Assembly (NCBI GenBank): GCA_958009085.1
Contig: OY253677.1
Span: forward strand, 806,001 to 870,000
Length of the DNA stretch: 64,000 nucleotides
Direction of reading: 5' to 3'
Origin: Protoeuglena noctilucae
Taxonomy: Eukaryota
The notes under the pieces are model-generated. The model was not told the origin of the DNA, searched no databases, and was given only the letters and a program-made list of their open reading frames with translations. The translations under genes were made by a program, and so were the position numbers. Positions 49,927 to 62,768 of the stretch are shown piece after piece (within the stretch, counting starts at the first letter, position 1; every line of letters begins with the position of its first letter).

Positions 49927-52456
49927 TCACAGGATGATCTCTGGGTGCTCCACGGAGGCCTTCAGCTCCTTGTGGGGCAGCACCACGGCCCCATTGAGGA
50001 GGAGCTCGTCGTGCACAAACACATCGGTGCCAAGCACGGTCGACGCCTGCACCAGGGACTGCGGGGGGGTGAGAGAGGTATCAGTGAGTGTATATGATGG
50101 GCAGTGAGTGACGCATGGGCGCCAGTGTCAGCATTGCAGTGTGGTGCGATGACACGGAAGGAACTGCACTTGCCCCCCGCCAACTCACGCTGCACCCCAG
50201 TCAGCAACAGCCCGCCCCACTCCATCTCCACTCACCCACCGCCCCAGTCACCAATAGCCCACCCCTCTCACTCTTTCCCCACTCACCCACCGCCCCACGT
50301 GGCAGTCCCACCCCACGATGGAGTCCGTCACGCGTGCGCAGTCGAGGACCTTGGCCCCCGACATGACGAAGCAGTTGGACAGGCGCACGCCGCGGCCGAT
50401 GCGCACGCCCGCGCCCACGGAGACGTTGGGGCCGATCAGGGAGCCCTCGCCGACTGCGAGGGGGGGTGAGTGGGGGAGTGGGTGGACCACAGAGGTGGAG
50501 TGAGAGTGCCAGAGTGGGAAGTTAGTCGGGCCACAGAGGCGCGGTGCCAGCGCCAGTGCCACCCCACCACCGACGCTGCCCTCGCCACCACTAGCATCGC
50601 TGTAGCTTCTACTGCCACCGCTCACCCTTCACGGATGGGTCCATGATGACGTCCCCCTTGATGTTGTGGCCCTTTGCCAGCTCCTCGGGGTGACGCTCCC
50701 TGCGAACCGTGACAGAGATGAGGGTGTAAGGAATTGCGGATATGACAGGTGCGGCGCCGCCAACTTGCCCTGTGCTAGTCTTTACAACCAACATGCTTAC
50801 CACACCACCAACACAAAGCCACGCCTGCAACACCCTCGCTCACCCCATTCTGCCCACCCCACCCAACCACCCCCGCCACGCACACCCCCACCCCCTCACC
50901 TGAGGCTGCCCAGGTGCAGCCGGAGCCCCTGCAGGTAGTCCCTGGGCTTCCCAATGTCCATCCAGTACCCCCCCAGCGTGAAAGCGAACAGCCGCCCCGC
51001 CGCGGCGATGGCCGGGAACGTCTCTCGCTCAATCGACGTGGGCCGCATCTCGATGCGCTGCAGGACCTCGGGGTTGATGATGTAGATGCCCGCGTTGATC
51101 TTGTCGCCCACGAACTCCTGCGAAGGAGTCGTGGGTGAGGGGAGTGGGTGCAGTGGGGAGAGGGGGGTGGCTGCGATGTGGTGGATGTTGCATACCCCTC
51201 CTACTCAGCCACACCTTAGGATGCTCCGTAACCCCTATGTACACCACCACCTCATATTCATAATCACCCCGATCACCCAGTCACCTTGGGCTTCTCCACG
51301 AACCTCTCGATGCGGCTGTCCCCGTCCATCACCACCACGCCGTACGCCGACGGGTCCTCGACCTTGGTCACCAAAATCGTCGCCTCGGCCCCGCTGCTCT
51401 TGTGGAAGGCCAGCATGTCCGTCAGCGGGTAGTCGCAGATGACGTCGGAGTTTAAGACGAAGAAGGGGGTGCCGCTGCCGTCGACCAAAATGTGGCGCGC
51501 CAGGGCGAGGGGCCCCGCCGTGCCCATCGGCTCCTCCTCCCGGGAGACGGTGATCTGAGGAGAGTGGATATGTGGATACGGGTGAGAGTGGATATGGAAC
51601 GGGAGAAGTGGCATTGCTGACGGTAATCTGTGCAGGGGCCCCAGGGATGGCCTATCCGTTGTACTGAGAGGAAAGGGTTAGGGTGACTATCTATGCAGTA
51701 AACAGCGAGTGTCACACAGACATCGCATTCACCGTTAGTTCTCCCCATAACAGCCAGCCCAAGTGCCCCCCGCATGCACAATATAGTCTCGCCTTGATGT
51801 TGAGCTTCTGCGACCACTCCTGAATGAACGCCGCCATCACGTCCGGCTTGTAGTTGATCGCAAGAATGACCTCATCGACGCCGGCCTCCTTCAACGCGAT
51901 GATCTGCGGAAGGGCACCCGGGTGGGCATGCCAAAAGGCCATGCGAGCCGATGCCCGCGGCCCCTCGCTCCTCAGAAGCAACGCAGCGCACCTGGTGCAC
52001 GACCATGGGCTTGTTCGCGAACTCCACGAGCGGCTGCGGGTGCGGAGAGGGGCGCGGAGGCGTCCGCGAGGGGGGATGCCCCCTCGAATCTTGGGCCAAG
52101 GGCGCGGGGGCCGGGAATGTCCGGGGCCGGGGCCGCGCGCGGCGGGGCAGGCGGCCGTGCGAGTGCCGCGGATCGCGAACGAGGCGTCGCGGGGGCGCGG
52201 GGGCCGGCGCGGGAGGGCGGGCGCGGCGGGGGGCCAACACACGAGGGCCGCAGGGTGGGCAAGTGGGCGTGGCATGCGCGCGCGAGGAAAAGGTGCCCGC
52301 GCGAGGATTCCGTGCGCCTCATCGGCGGCTCCCCCGCCACGCAGAGAAGCGTCGCGGCCTGGCGGGCGCCGCGGCGAGGCGCGGCACCTTGGGCACGCTC
52401 AGCGTCAGCGGCCGGAGCCGCGTGCAGTAGCCGCCGACCAGGATGAGGGCTTTCAT
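49927..52456 (-). CDS. GMP1: Mannose-1-phosphate guanylyltransferase (GDP-mannose pyrophosphorylase, GMPPB/VTC1-like)
   Basis: [84 protein letters not shown]; ends TGA. Confidence 0.95.
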
Positions 52457-52864
52457 CGCGTCGCGTCGACTCCGTTCGCGTTAGCGACGGATGGCGGCCA
52501 CGGAAGCGCGGGACGATCGGCAAGCGGCGCGCAGGCGGACGCGGCGGGCGTTTGGGGAGCGGGCTCGCGCGCGGCGGGGGGCGGGGCGATCCCGGGCGAT
52601 CCCTGGGGCTGGAGTAGCGTCCGACTGGCAGGCCTCGGAGGGGCACGCGTGGAGATGCGCAGATGCCCCTGCCCCGTCGGCGGACCTGCGCGCGATGCGC
52701 CGGACTGACGTCGCCAGAACTCCCGCGTGCGGCGCCTTCTTCCGTGCGTCGGGCCGCGCATTTGCGACGTCTTTTCGCGTCTCTCCGGCCGGCGCCTGAC
52801 CTCCGCGGCCCGCGTCCCGGGCGGAGGGCGCCAAGAAAACCGCGGCCACCAGCGCGCCCGCCCA

Positions 52865-54425
52865 ATGCCTCCCGCCGGCGCCGTCGCGCCGCGCGCGCCG
52901 CTTCCCCTAGCACGCGGCCTTAGGCGACGGTCCGCGCGGGGGCCCTCCGCGCGCGCATCGCCCGACGGCGCGGATGGCCCCCTGGGGGACCTGCAGGAGC
53001 TGCTCCCGGGAGGTGCGCGGGCCCGGATTCGCTGCCAATCCTTGCGATGCGCTAGTTTAGCTTTTAAGCTGTCGCATGGGAGTGACTAACCCCGGCCCCG
53101 TCCCGCCCGCGCAGCGTTCCAGGCCGTGTTCAACGGCATCGACCGCCCGCCCGAGGCCCCGCCCGCCCCCGCCAGCGCCGAGGACCTGGCGCGCGCGGCG
53201 GCGGAGGCGGTGAGCCGCGTGGCTCCGGAGGAGGCCCTCCCCTCGCCTTTTGTGTGGTGGGCCCTCGCGGCCGCGGTGCTCTGGGTGCTGGTCGTGGCCG
53301 GGGCGGTGAGTGCCAGCGGGGGAGAGCAAGCTGCCGGGGCACGTCTCGCAACGTCATCGTGTTCACCACTCCCGCCCCCACCGCTTGCAGTCGTCGCTGC
53401 TGTCGCCGCGCCGGGAGGAGGAGGGGTGGTCGGACGCCGGCCGCCGCGCCTCCCGGGGCGTCGGCACTCCCGACCTCGTCAGCGCATCGGCGTGGGGAGG
53501 CGGTGGAAACAGTAGCGGTCGGCAAGTGAGCCGGCCGGACCCGGCGCTGGCCGCCGGCCCGCGTGACGTGGAGGCGCTGGTGGCGACCGAGTCGCGGCGT
53601 CGCGTGGCGGAGGCGCGGGCGCTGGCGCGGCGCCGGCTCGAGGACCGGATGGCGGCGCTGGTGGGGAGCCTGGGGAGCGTGGCGGTGCTGCCGGGGGACG
53701 AGGAGCAGCGCACGGAGATCGACGCCCTCGTGCGGGAGCTCGAGGCGCTCACGCCCATCTGGCGGCCCATGGGCGGCGGGTCGCGGTACGACTGGGCGCG
53801 GTCGAGCGAGCTGCGGGGCGTCGCGACGGGCCCGGGCCCGCGCCCGGAGCTGGACGGCGTGTGGCGCCTCGTGTACGCGTCGGACGGGACGTACGTCACG
53901 CGGTCCCCCCCCGCCCAGGCGCTGCGGGCGCTGAGCGCGCTGCCGCTGGGGTTCGGGGTGCGGGACATCCGGCAGAAGCTGCGGGTGGACGCGCGGGAGG
54001 GGGTGGTGCGGGCGGCCAACATCGCGGTCATCGGGCTGGGGCCGGGGGGGGAGTGGAAGGTGGCGGTGCGGGGGACGTGGGCCCCCCAGGGGGACGGCAT
54101 CGTGGCGGACGTGGCGTTCGACGAGCTGAGCGTGCGGCCCGTGTCGATCCTGGGCCGCGCGGTGGACGGCCGCGAGGAGGCCCGGGAGCGCGCGGGTGGT
54201 GGGGGCGGGTTGGCTTGGGGCGGCGGGGAATTAGGGGGCGGGATGTCCCTGTCGCTGGCGGAGCTCCGCGTCCCGCTGCCGTCGGACTCGCAGTCGGCCG
54301 CACAGTGGCAGACGACGTTCCTGGGGGACCGGTACCGCGTCGGGCGCGGCCGCAGCGCCAACCTGTTCGTCTTCGAGCGCCTGCGGGACCTGGACCCGGC
54401 CCTCGACGCCACGGTGTTCTCTTGA
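52865..54425 (+). CDS. PAP/fibrillin-domain plastid protein with internal TM segment, 3 exons
   Basis: EIDALVRELEALTP...LDGVWRLVYAS...IRQ...WQTTFLGDRYRVGRGRSANLFVFER fibrillin motifs; phase-consistent exons. Confidence 0.85.
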
Positions 54426-54600
54426 GAGTTGTGAGGTGGGATGGGGGGGGGGAATGCGGTAGAGCGTTTCAAGTAACCAGCGGGATGCTGCTTTCAACTG
54501 CGCCTGGCTGAGACGTCGTGCCAGCTCTAAATGCCCTACCAGTTCCCCACCGGGCCTGTTCTGAGAAGAGGCGACGCGTTGCATGGGGAGGACTTAGAAA

Positions 54601-54783
54601 GCGGGTTCCCGCGGGAACCCACCGGGCTGGAACCTCATGGTTGAGGGGGAGGGGGGGGCAGGCCCGAGGAGCGGGTTCCGGCAAACCCGCTTCGTAGGAA
54701 CTTGTGTGGAACCCTGACAACGGTCTTCCGCTAGGCGCGGAACCCGCCTGGAACCCGCCCGGAACCCGCCTGGGAACCCGCCC
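54601..54783. repeat. GGAACCCGC / GCGGGTTCC direct and inverted repeat cluster
   Basis: Near-palindrome 54601-54620, inverted pair 54671-54690, four tandem ggaacccgcc 54739-54782. Confidence 0.75.
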
Positions 54784-55357
54784 TCGTGTGGCTCCACCTG
54801 ACCTGGCCGCGGGCGGGGTGGCCACGCGGCGCGCGTGGCGGGTGCCTGTGGGGCGACCGCCTGACGGGAGAGCGCCAGCCGTAGGCCCTTGGTAGTGAGG
54901 CAGGGGGGTGCGGGTCGAGGCACAGGAGAGGGCGAGCGTGGCGTCGGCCACGCTCGTGCACTCCCCGGTGCTCATCAGACCCTGCTACCTTGCCGTGGCG
55001 CAGCCACGGCGCAGCAGCTGAGGGTGGTGAGGGCCATCAGGATCCTCACCGCACGGGGTTGGCCCATACAACGAAGGGCGCCTGGTACGGGCGGGAGTGT
55101 CGCGCAAGGAGGCGCTGCTTTTCCAGTCCGGCGACGCCCACGCAATACGTTATGTTTAAAGCAGGTTGCAGCCCTGCCTGGGCGCAGCCACGGCGAGGAT
55201 CGGGGCCGTGCGGGGCCCAACAGGGGTGCGTCAGGAAAATCAAAATAAAATAAAAACGGCGCACTCCCGCCTCACGCAGCCAACGCCAGCGCATTTCTTA
55301 GGCAATGAGGAGCGCAATAATGCAAAGAAAAAAAGAAAAGAATGCGAGATGAAAAAG

Positions 55358-55425
55358 AAGGCCCGACGAGAATTGAACTCGTGACCATTCGATCTGCAGT
55401 CGCTCTACCTCTGAGCTACAGACCC
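55358..55425 (-). pseudogene. tRNA-Cys (GCA) lacking 4 nt of the 5' anticodon stem
   Basis: GGGTCTGTAGCTCAGAGGTAGAGC-GACTGCAGATCGAATGGTCACGAGTTCAATTCTCGTCGGGCCTT; U73 and T5 terminator (55352-55356) retained. Confidence 0.8.
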
Positions 55426-58000
55426 ATTCCTGCAGGGATCGTCAATGCGACCCCTGACGTGGGGCTCCACACGAGCCGCTCACAATGTTCGGCAACATCG
55501 CCGGTCGAAATTTTAACCTATATAGCTGACCCATACTCAACAGCGCCCAACGCTGGATAGCTCCGCAGTGGGCTGGCGTGGCCCCCGAGTGAGCTTCACA
55601 TCCGCCTCAGTCCATGGGCGGCGCGGGGGGCCCAAATTCTCGTCGACCTGGCCGAGGCGCTCCGCGTCCCTTAGAAGCGGGGGCTCACAATCCCACCTGA
55701 CGGCCACGAGCTGGCCTCCTCCTGGGGGCAGCGATGTCCCTGACCCGGCAACCAGGGGCTGGTAGCCGGCCGGGGGCGCGCCCGACGGGGAGCCGGCCCC
55801 TAGGCCTGCGATGAGTACCCCGGCCCTCTTGGCACGGCGCATTTGCACAAACAAGGCATCCTGGGAGCCTCGCTGCACGTCAGCGAGGACTGACCCGAGC
55901 CCCGGAACGCGCCCTCGGCGCTTTAACCATGCTAGCACCCCCCCCCCCCCCCCCCGCTCGAGCCCGCAGTGCAAACGGAAGAAGCCCGCCGCGTTGCCCG
56001 CCGTCTCAAGCACCCCGAGCTGCGCGAGAAGTACGACGTCAAGCGCTTTCACAGGGCATTCAATCCATGTGGGTGCAGCATCGGGGCCCCCTCCTTTGGC
56101 CCACCACGGCTGAGCTACAGCGGGGGCAGCCCCAGTCCAGAAAACGTCCTTGACCGGCGTCCTATGCGATGGATTTCCACCGAAGGGGAATATGGGGATC
56201 TACGCAAACACCCACGCCCACGCCCAGCTCGAGATGCTTCCCTCCGGCACGCTTCGCTGGCACGCCACCGGCACCGCCACTGATGGGCGTCGAGGGGCCG
56301 CTCACCGTCTAAGCAATCGGCCGCCTCAAGCTATCTTTGGTGCCGCGTGCGACCTTCAGCCAAACGCTCACGGCCCTACAGGACGCTTGCGCCACCGAGC
56401 TGACGGTTGAAGCCCTCCGCAGCTAGCAACCTCGAGCGACGCCTCATTGCGCCCCTCCTGCCCCACGCGCGCTCCAGGGCTTGCCTGATCCTCGTCAATG
56501 GGCTGTTGTGGAGGAGGAGCGTTTGGGAGTCCTCCAGCCAGCACGTGTGCTAGCGCTGCAGCCCCGCCCAGCGCTGCCCCCACCAACACTTGCAGTGACG
56601 CCCTGTGGACGTGCCACGTCTCGAGAAGGTGCGTCGGGCGCTGTCCACGGGGTCTCTGGGCCCCAACGGGTTGCTCGCAGCCGGCCACATGCTCGGCGTG
56701 CACGCGCCTCCCGGCTCGCCAGCACTTCGTCTGGACCACCGCTGGATGGCACATGATGATCCTCTTCTGTGTGGCCCTTTGCTTGGGGAGCTGCGCACAG
56801 CCCCCGGGCACGGGCGAGATGCTCACTCGGGTGCGCAGTGCTGCCAGCGCTAGCGACGCTGCTATGGCGTCGCACCGTACTACGCCTTTGTCTCTATGCG
56901 CCAGGCTGTCGTCCGGTCTCTCGAGAACGCGGGGAGGTGGATGGGTATGGACCGTGTGCCCGCGCCGGGCATGGGGCGCCCCGTGCCCTTTTCCATTACC
57001 CAACGTGCCCCACCATGGAGGGGCACCTGGCTCCAAAATACACAGAGGCCGGGGCCCCAATGGCAGCTCCCTGTGCGTCCGAAGCTTCCCAATGGCGGGC
57101 AACTCAGCCCGCTACCTCTGCTTAGCTCAGTTTTCACCCCACGTGTGTCGGGCGCTTAATGCGAGCTTGGAAGCCCCCGCCCCGCTTGCCCACTCTTGTT
57201 GCGCATCGGCCCAAATTCCAAGCCTCTCGTGCCGTTACAGAGAGGCCCGTCGTTCATGCACGGTGCCCCATTGACCCCACCACTGATGCCATTCAAGAGG
57301 GCAACACTTCTTTGCTCCCTATTCGTGGGTGCACGGCGCCTGCTTAGCACAGCGTCACTAGCACAGCGTCACTCTAGCACAGCGTCCCGTCCCAAATGCC
57401 GCACCGGTACCATCACATTGCCCTGTCTGGCCGCGATGGCCAGTCATCAGCACGCGACTTTCCATTCATCGCCCATGATTATCTGTGACTGCTCAATCGA
57501 ATCGGTCCTTACGCCCCCCTCGCCGGAGCATCGCTGCAACGAGCGGTGGCGTGACCAGAAATCGTCTCATAATCACCTCAGATTAGGACGCGGCTCCGCC
57601 TTCGGGGCCAACATACCAAGAGTATGGCCGGACGCCGCCCCAACCGCACCATATCATCGTATCTCGACGCGCGCACGCCATTGCAGCAACGTGCTGGTGG
57701 CTAGCTTTCGCCGCAGTTGGCCCGTGATCGTCAGGATACGCGCGCCATGTTCTAATCCCGTTACCTGTGCCGCTATGAGCGCGCATCGAACGAGGAATGC
57801 GTTCCATGTGCACTAGTGGGCAAGAACACTCCTAGTGCAGACCGGGGACCGGGCACGGGATTGCGAAATCCGTAATCCACTGCCTAACGCCTGCCACTAT
57901 CCTTTTGACCTGTCAGCTCACGCACACGCCACGGCACGCGAAATCTCGCAGGATTTTGCCTCTAAATCCTGCGCACCAGCACCACAACCTGCGCTGAGTC

Positions 58001-61000
58001 ATGGCGTCTGTCGCGCCGAAGCAGACGCGCCAGCGTCGAAGCTGTGAAGGAACCCTACCTCGGGTAGGTGCACGGCACAGCACCATGCCTACCGTGGTAT
58101 GCAGCTGGTTTGGTGCGGTCGCATCTGCGGCCCTGTCCTTCGCCTCGCGCTGTGCCGCGCAATGGACGCGCCAGGCCAAGCACCCGCTGCGCGGAGCTAT
58201 TCCCTCGTACAACTTCAGGGACAGCGTCATGCACCTTTTTTGCGTAGATGCTGATAAGGTGTCGCTCTCGGAATGGGGCGCCACCTCGGCTTTCCTGTAC
58301 GGCGTGCTCTGCGCCCCGGACAAAGCCACAGGGATCAAACTTCCTGATGGCCACGACGACGGGTCGCTTCGCGTTGGCAAAGTCGGCATCGGCTCGACGT
58401 TCGTCTCGTATGTCTCTTCTCTGTATCGTGGGTGGGTCCGCCGGCTATACCTGGTGGCCCAGTTGTTCGTCGTGGAGGACATGGAGGTCGTCGGGCTGCC
58501 CGGCTATCGGGACGGCTTCCGCGCCAACCACGGCACCGGGGGAGTCGGCCCCATCGAGGCGGGCTTCGACGCGAAGATGTGAGTCACCGCAATTCGCTAC
58601 TTTTCTTCTGTAGAACCCAGAGATTCAGTTTGGGCCCTCGTCGTGCACCAGGCGCGACCAGCAGCCCTCCTGCTCTCATCCTCGCGGCCCCACTTTCCTG
58701 GCCCACGCTGCGCTGCTGCCGCCGGGCGTTGCTGTCCCGAGCGTGCCTGTCCCCGCTCCGACCGCAGGGTCTATCGCCCTCGTGCCCTCGTGTGGGTGGT
58801 GGAGGGGGTGTTCCACCGGCTCCTGGACGCAGCCCAGTTCCGGTGGCCAGAGCTGGCGCAGTACCTCCCGTTCCACGGCCGGACCGAGTTTCGGGTCCTG
58901 ACGCGTGCGCAGGTGGGTGCCGCTAGCGTTTTGCACCGCCCGCGGGCTTCACGGGACGAGCTTCGCACCGCTCCCGCTCCTGCCCCGCGTGCCTGCAGTT
59001 CGAATCCCTCCTTCCCGCCATGGATGCCTTCCTGAAGTACCTCGAGGCGAAGGATATGAGCGTGTGGGTGGAGGTGGCCCTTGCTGCAGGGGCGCCGCGC
59101 ATGTTCAACATGTTCGAGGAATTCGTCCATGAAGATCCTCATGCGTTCCTGATGGTGACTGCTCGAGGGGAGCCACGCAGCTTCACTCCCCGCGTGATCT
59201 TGCTTGGCCTCAGGTGGTGGGGACAACTGCAGTTGGGATCTAGGGGTGTTGGAGAATGCCAACGGGCGAGGTTGCCCTCGACCGTTCAGGGCTAAAACCA
59301 ACAGTAGCTGTCCTCTCTACACTCGATGCAGGGGCATGTGATGGCCGTGCCCAAGATGGAGGTCTTCCTGAAGGCCATCGGCTTCACCGAGCTCGAAGAG
59401 CCGTTCGTCGCGACGCCCATCGTCTACACGTGCAGCCACCCCGACTGTGCGCGGCCGGTGTTGGGCAGCCGGATGACCTGGACCGTCGTGGAGGCGGGCA
59501 GAGACGAGAACGGGCAGGTCCTCACCAGGATCGAGTGCACCGAGCACGCCACGGCTGAGGAGCTGAAGCTCGCCCTCTGCGCCGAGACCCAGAGGACCCC
59601 AGTCTACCGTGAGTTGGCGCTTTGGTGGCCATGGCAACTGCGCAGGTGCTGCAGCTTTCGAGGCAGCCACAGAAGCGGCTGGCACTCGCTGTGCGCCCGC
59701 AGCCAAGTACTGGAGCGAGGGCGGCGGGTGGGTCACCCTTGTAGAGGTCACGGAGGCAACGGCGCACATCAAGGACGCGACACGCGGGGACAGGCTGGTA
59801 CGTCGCGCTGCAGGCCCTGCACTGCTGGAGCTGGATGGCTTGCGTCATGGCGTGAGTGGCGGCCAGTCGCCAACACACCTCGCCTTTGTTCTCTTAGGAC
59901 ACTGTTCTGGGCTACCGGATCCTGGATGCCGCGAACGTGACCCTGGGAGCGGCTGAAGCGCAGCTGTCTCTTCAACCTTTCCACGACTTCTACGAGGAGC
60001 ATTCGAACCCCTTCGATGAAGAGACTGCTGAGGCCTGCAGGGCACTTGTCCAGGATGTCCTGGAAGCCCACAACCTCGAGATTGGCGACGAGCAAGTCGT
60101 GCTGCGGGTCAGGGTGAGGCGGCGCCCCTCAGCGTAGCAGCGAGGGCGGCGCAGCCAGCGTGCGGCAGCCCGAGCGCGGCAGCCAGCACGCAGCCTCCCT
60201 TGCCATCCGATAGCGGGACTTTACGACTTTCTCACCACTGTAGGAGGCCATGACGGAGCGGGGAGTGCTGCTGGAGAGGACGGCCGAGCAGGTGGTGACC
60301 TGCGTCGAGGCCGAGCGCAACGTCAAGGAGCGCCTCGAGCCTTCGCCAGTCAGATGCTACAGCGAGATCGAGATCCAGTGGTTTCTCCACTACCTGGTCA
60401 CCAAGGTCAACTGCCAACGCCACCCTGGGTGGGTCAAGGTGAGCTTTGAGAATCGAGGTGCCAACCCTTAGCTGGCTAGGCTGCCACGTGTTCAGCCCTG
60501 CGTGAGAACTTGCCCTTGTCTGGCACCCTCTGCGCTTCTTGCTCCCATGCTGACTGGGGGGGGTGCCCTCAGCTTCTGACGCTGTCTTAACCTTAACATA
60601 TGCTGTGGCGCTGGCGGGCTCACATCACTTGCGGGATGGTGGCCATGACTGTCCCCGCTCGTGCCTTCCGCAGGCCCAGATGCGGGGGGCTGGGCTGTGC
60701 CTGGGTCGCAGCACGGAGGCCATACGGTCGAAGCTCTACACTCTCAAGCTCGCCCTCAGCAGGGGAGATATCGTGGCCCCGACCACAGAGCCCCCGAGCA
60801 AGGCGGAGTGGGAGGAGCTGGAGGAGGGGAAGAGGGCGGAGAGGGAGGAGGCGGCGCGGGTGAAGAAGGAGGAGGCAGCGAGGAGGAAGCGGGAGAGGAA
60901 GAGGGCGGCCAGGGCGGCCAAGAAGAGGGCGAAGGAGCAGGAGGAGGCGCTGAGGGTGAAGAGGTTGCTGGCCAGGACCACCCGCCTGCGCCGGGGCGCA

Positions 61001-61303
61001 GAACCTTCCTACGAAGTCAAGCGGGAGAGGGACGCAGGGGCACTCCAGGGCCTTGAGCGTGTGTTCCAGCTGCGGGCCGCGGCGGCCCGCGCGGCGCACG
61101 ACGAGATCATGGACTGCGAGTACGAGCGGCACGGCTGCCACGCCCACGTGGACGAGGCATTCGACTTCGACGCTGCCGTTGCCGCGGACATGATGCGAGA
61201 GGCCGACGAGATGGGGCTGATGGAGTGGGTGGTGGTGGATGAGCAGGCATTCGACGAGCACTGCGAGCGCATGGAGCACTCACTGGCTGCGTGCATGCCG
61301 TGA
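58001..61303 (+). CDS. Hypothetical ~8-exon protein: possible GIY-YIG/T5orf172-like N-terminus, Cys/His motif, Myb/SANT-like domain, charged coiled coil
   Basis: GT-AG exons with coding-like bias; AFLYGVL...VGKVGIG...IEAGF; YTCSHPDC...IECTEH; YSEIEIQWFL...GWVK...GRSTEAIRSKLYTLK; ends TGA. Confidence 0.55.
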
Positions 61304-61631
61304 GGTAGCTCGCATGCCGGGCTTGGGCCAGGTTTATGCGTGGGACTAGTACTGCTCGTGTGCACTCTGTTCTGTGCTTGGGAGAGGTCTCATTTAGTGC
61401 ATGTCTGCCATTTGGTGCTTAGAGAATCACGTGTTTCCTCCCTGTGGTCCAAGTCGTCTCAGCACGTTTTCCCCAGATATGCCCAGCTGCCTGTTTGCCG
61501 ACAGTGATGGGGGATCTTTTGGTTAAGCGAAGCCATTACATTGCTGTAGTCGCCTTGCAGCTTCAGGAAGCGGCGTACCACCAGCAGCCGCGTGCCACGT
61601 ACCACGAGCCTGACACACGTAGCCTTGTGAA

Positions 61632-61658
61632 AACGCTCTACCACTGAGCTACAGACCC
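61632..61658 (-). pseudogene. 5' fragment of tRNA-Cys (acceptor 5' strand plus D arm)
   Basis: GGGTCTGTAGCTCAGTGGTAGAGCGTT; first 25 nt match the 55425 copy with one mismatch; no 3' half follows. Confidence 0.8.
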
Positions 61659-62768
61659 GATGGGCAGAGGTCGAACACGCGACCTCCGGGCGGCGAGAGT
61701 CCACGCCGACTCTCGCACGCTCTCGACACCCTTTTTCGGGAACGTGACCGCCGTAAGAGGCTGTTCCGCACTCAACCGGCCGAAACGCAGGGCGTGGCTG
61801 GGCTTGCGGGCCGCTGAGCGGCAAATTGGCATCCGTTCCGGACACCCAACACAGACAGCGGCGGCCCGGGCCTCCCGCGGGCTGCCTGGCTCAGCAGTGG
61901 CTGCTGCCCCGGCGGATCGGTCGACATCGACATCGTGCTCCCCACGTGAGGCGCCGGTCCCGCCCCGCAAGGTGCCTGCCCTCCCTCCTCCCGGCGCAGT
62001 CCCCGTCTCTCGAGCCCGGACCTCGCCCAGCTCCCCGACCGGACCCTGACCCTCCCCGCAGACGCTCTCTCCCCAGCGCCGTCCTCGCCGACGTGCTGGC
62101 ATGCCCACCGGGGGTGCTGGGGGCCCAGACCCGTGGCGGGGCTGCTTCCCCCGGACGTGTTTAGCCCCCCTACCCTAACCCATGGCCAGGCTCGCGAGGT
62201 GGCCGAGGAATGCGTCGGGGGTGCGTGCGTGGGTGGTCGCGTCCCCCGCGCGCGTGCCCGCGTGCTTGCCACCCTCAGGGGCGCACCATAAGCCTCTCCC
62301 TCCCTCACCCCGCAGCTGCAGGAGGCGCTGTGGCTACCGCTTGCTGACGCGCCCGCCACCGCTCCGCACTGCTGCCAGTGGCAGGCTCCACCTGACCGCG
62401 TGCCCCCTCCAGCTGCGCAGGAAGGGGGAGCAGTGCATGCGTGACGACGCACACACAGTCGCTCACGCCTCCTCAGTCTCCCTTGGCAGGGCCCAGGAGG
62501 TGTGGGGACCGTCCAGGCGGCCGCGCGTGGCGCTGCACCTGACCTGCCCCCCCTCGCAGCGGTGGCCCCGGGGGCGGCTGGCTGCCCCATCCGGCGGCGC
62601 CGGCACCAGCTCCGGGAGAGGCCTCAACACCCGGGCCCCCACGCCCAGCTCGGCGCCGTCGAGGTCCACGACACCCCGGCCGACACGGTGCCCTCGAGGG
62701 AAGTTGCGGGTACGAGCGGCCCTTTCCCGCAGGCAGGCTCTAGTCCGTGGCCTCTCCGGTTTCCTAGT

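Noticed and set aside
52424..52426. Idea that TGC is recoded to Gly via the A73 tRNA(GCA)
   Set aside because: TGC encodes the essential zinc/copper-ligand Cys residues in the Dof, RING and HMA domains in this same window
55537..57102. Minus-strand ORFs with an RRPWTEAD Myb-like start
   Set aside because: Could not assemble a consistent gene model; likely degenerate remnant, not annotated
57344..57840. Short tandem tagcacagcgtc x3 and a gcactag...ctagtgc hairpin as possible Helitron end
   Set aside because: Too short and no supporting element structure
61659..61700. Possible permuted tRNA (AGGTCGCGTGTTCGA upstream of the 5' fragment)
   Set aside because: No proper T stem or 3' acceptor strand, and the region aligns with the ordinary upstream flank of the 55425 copy
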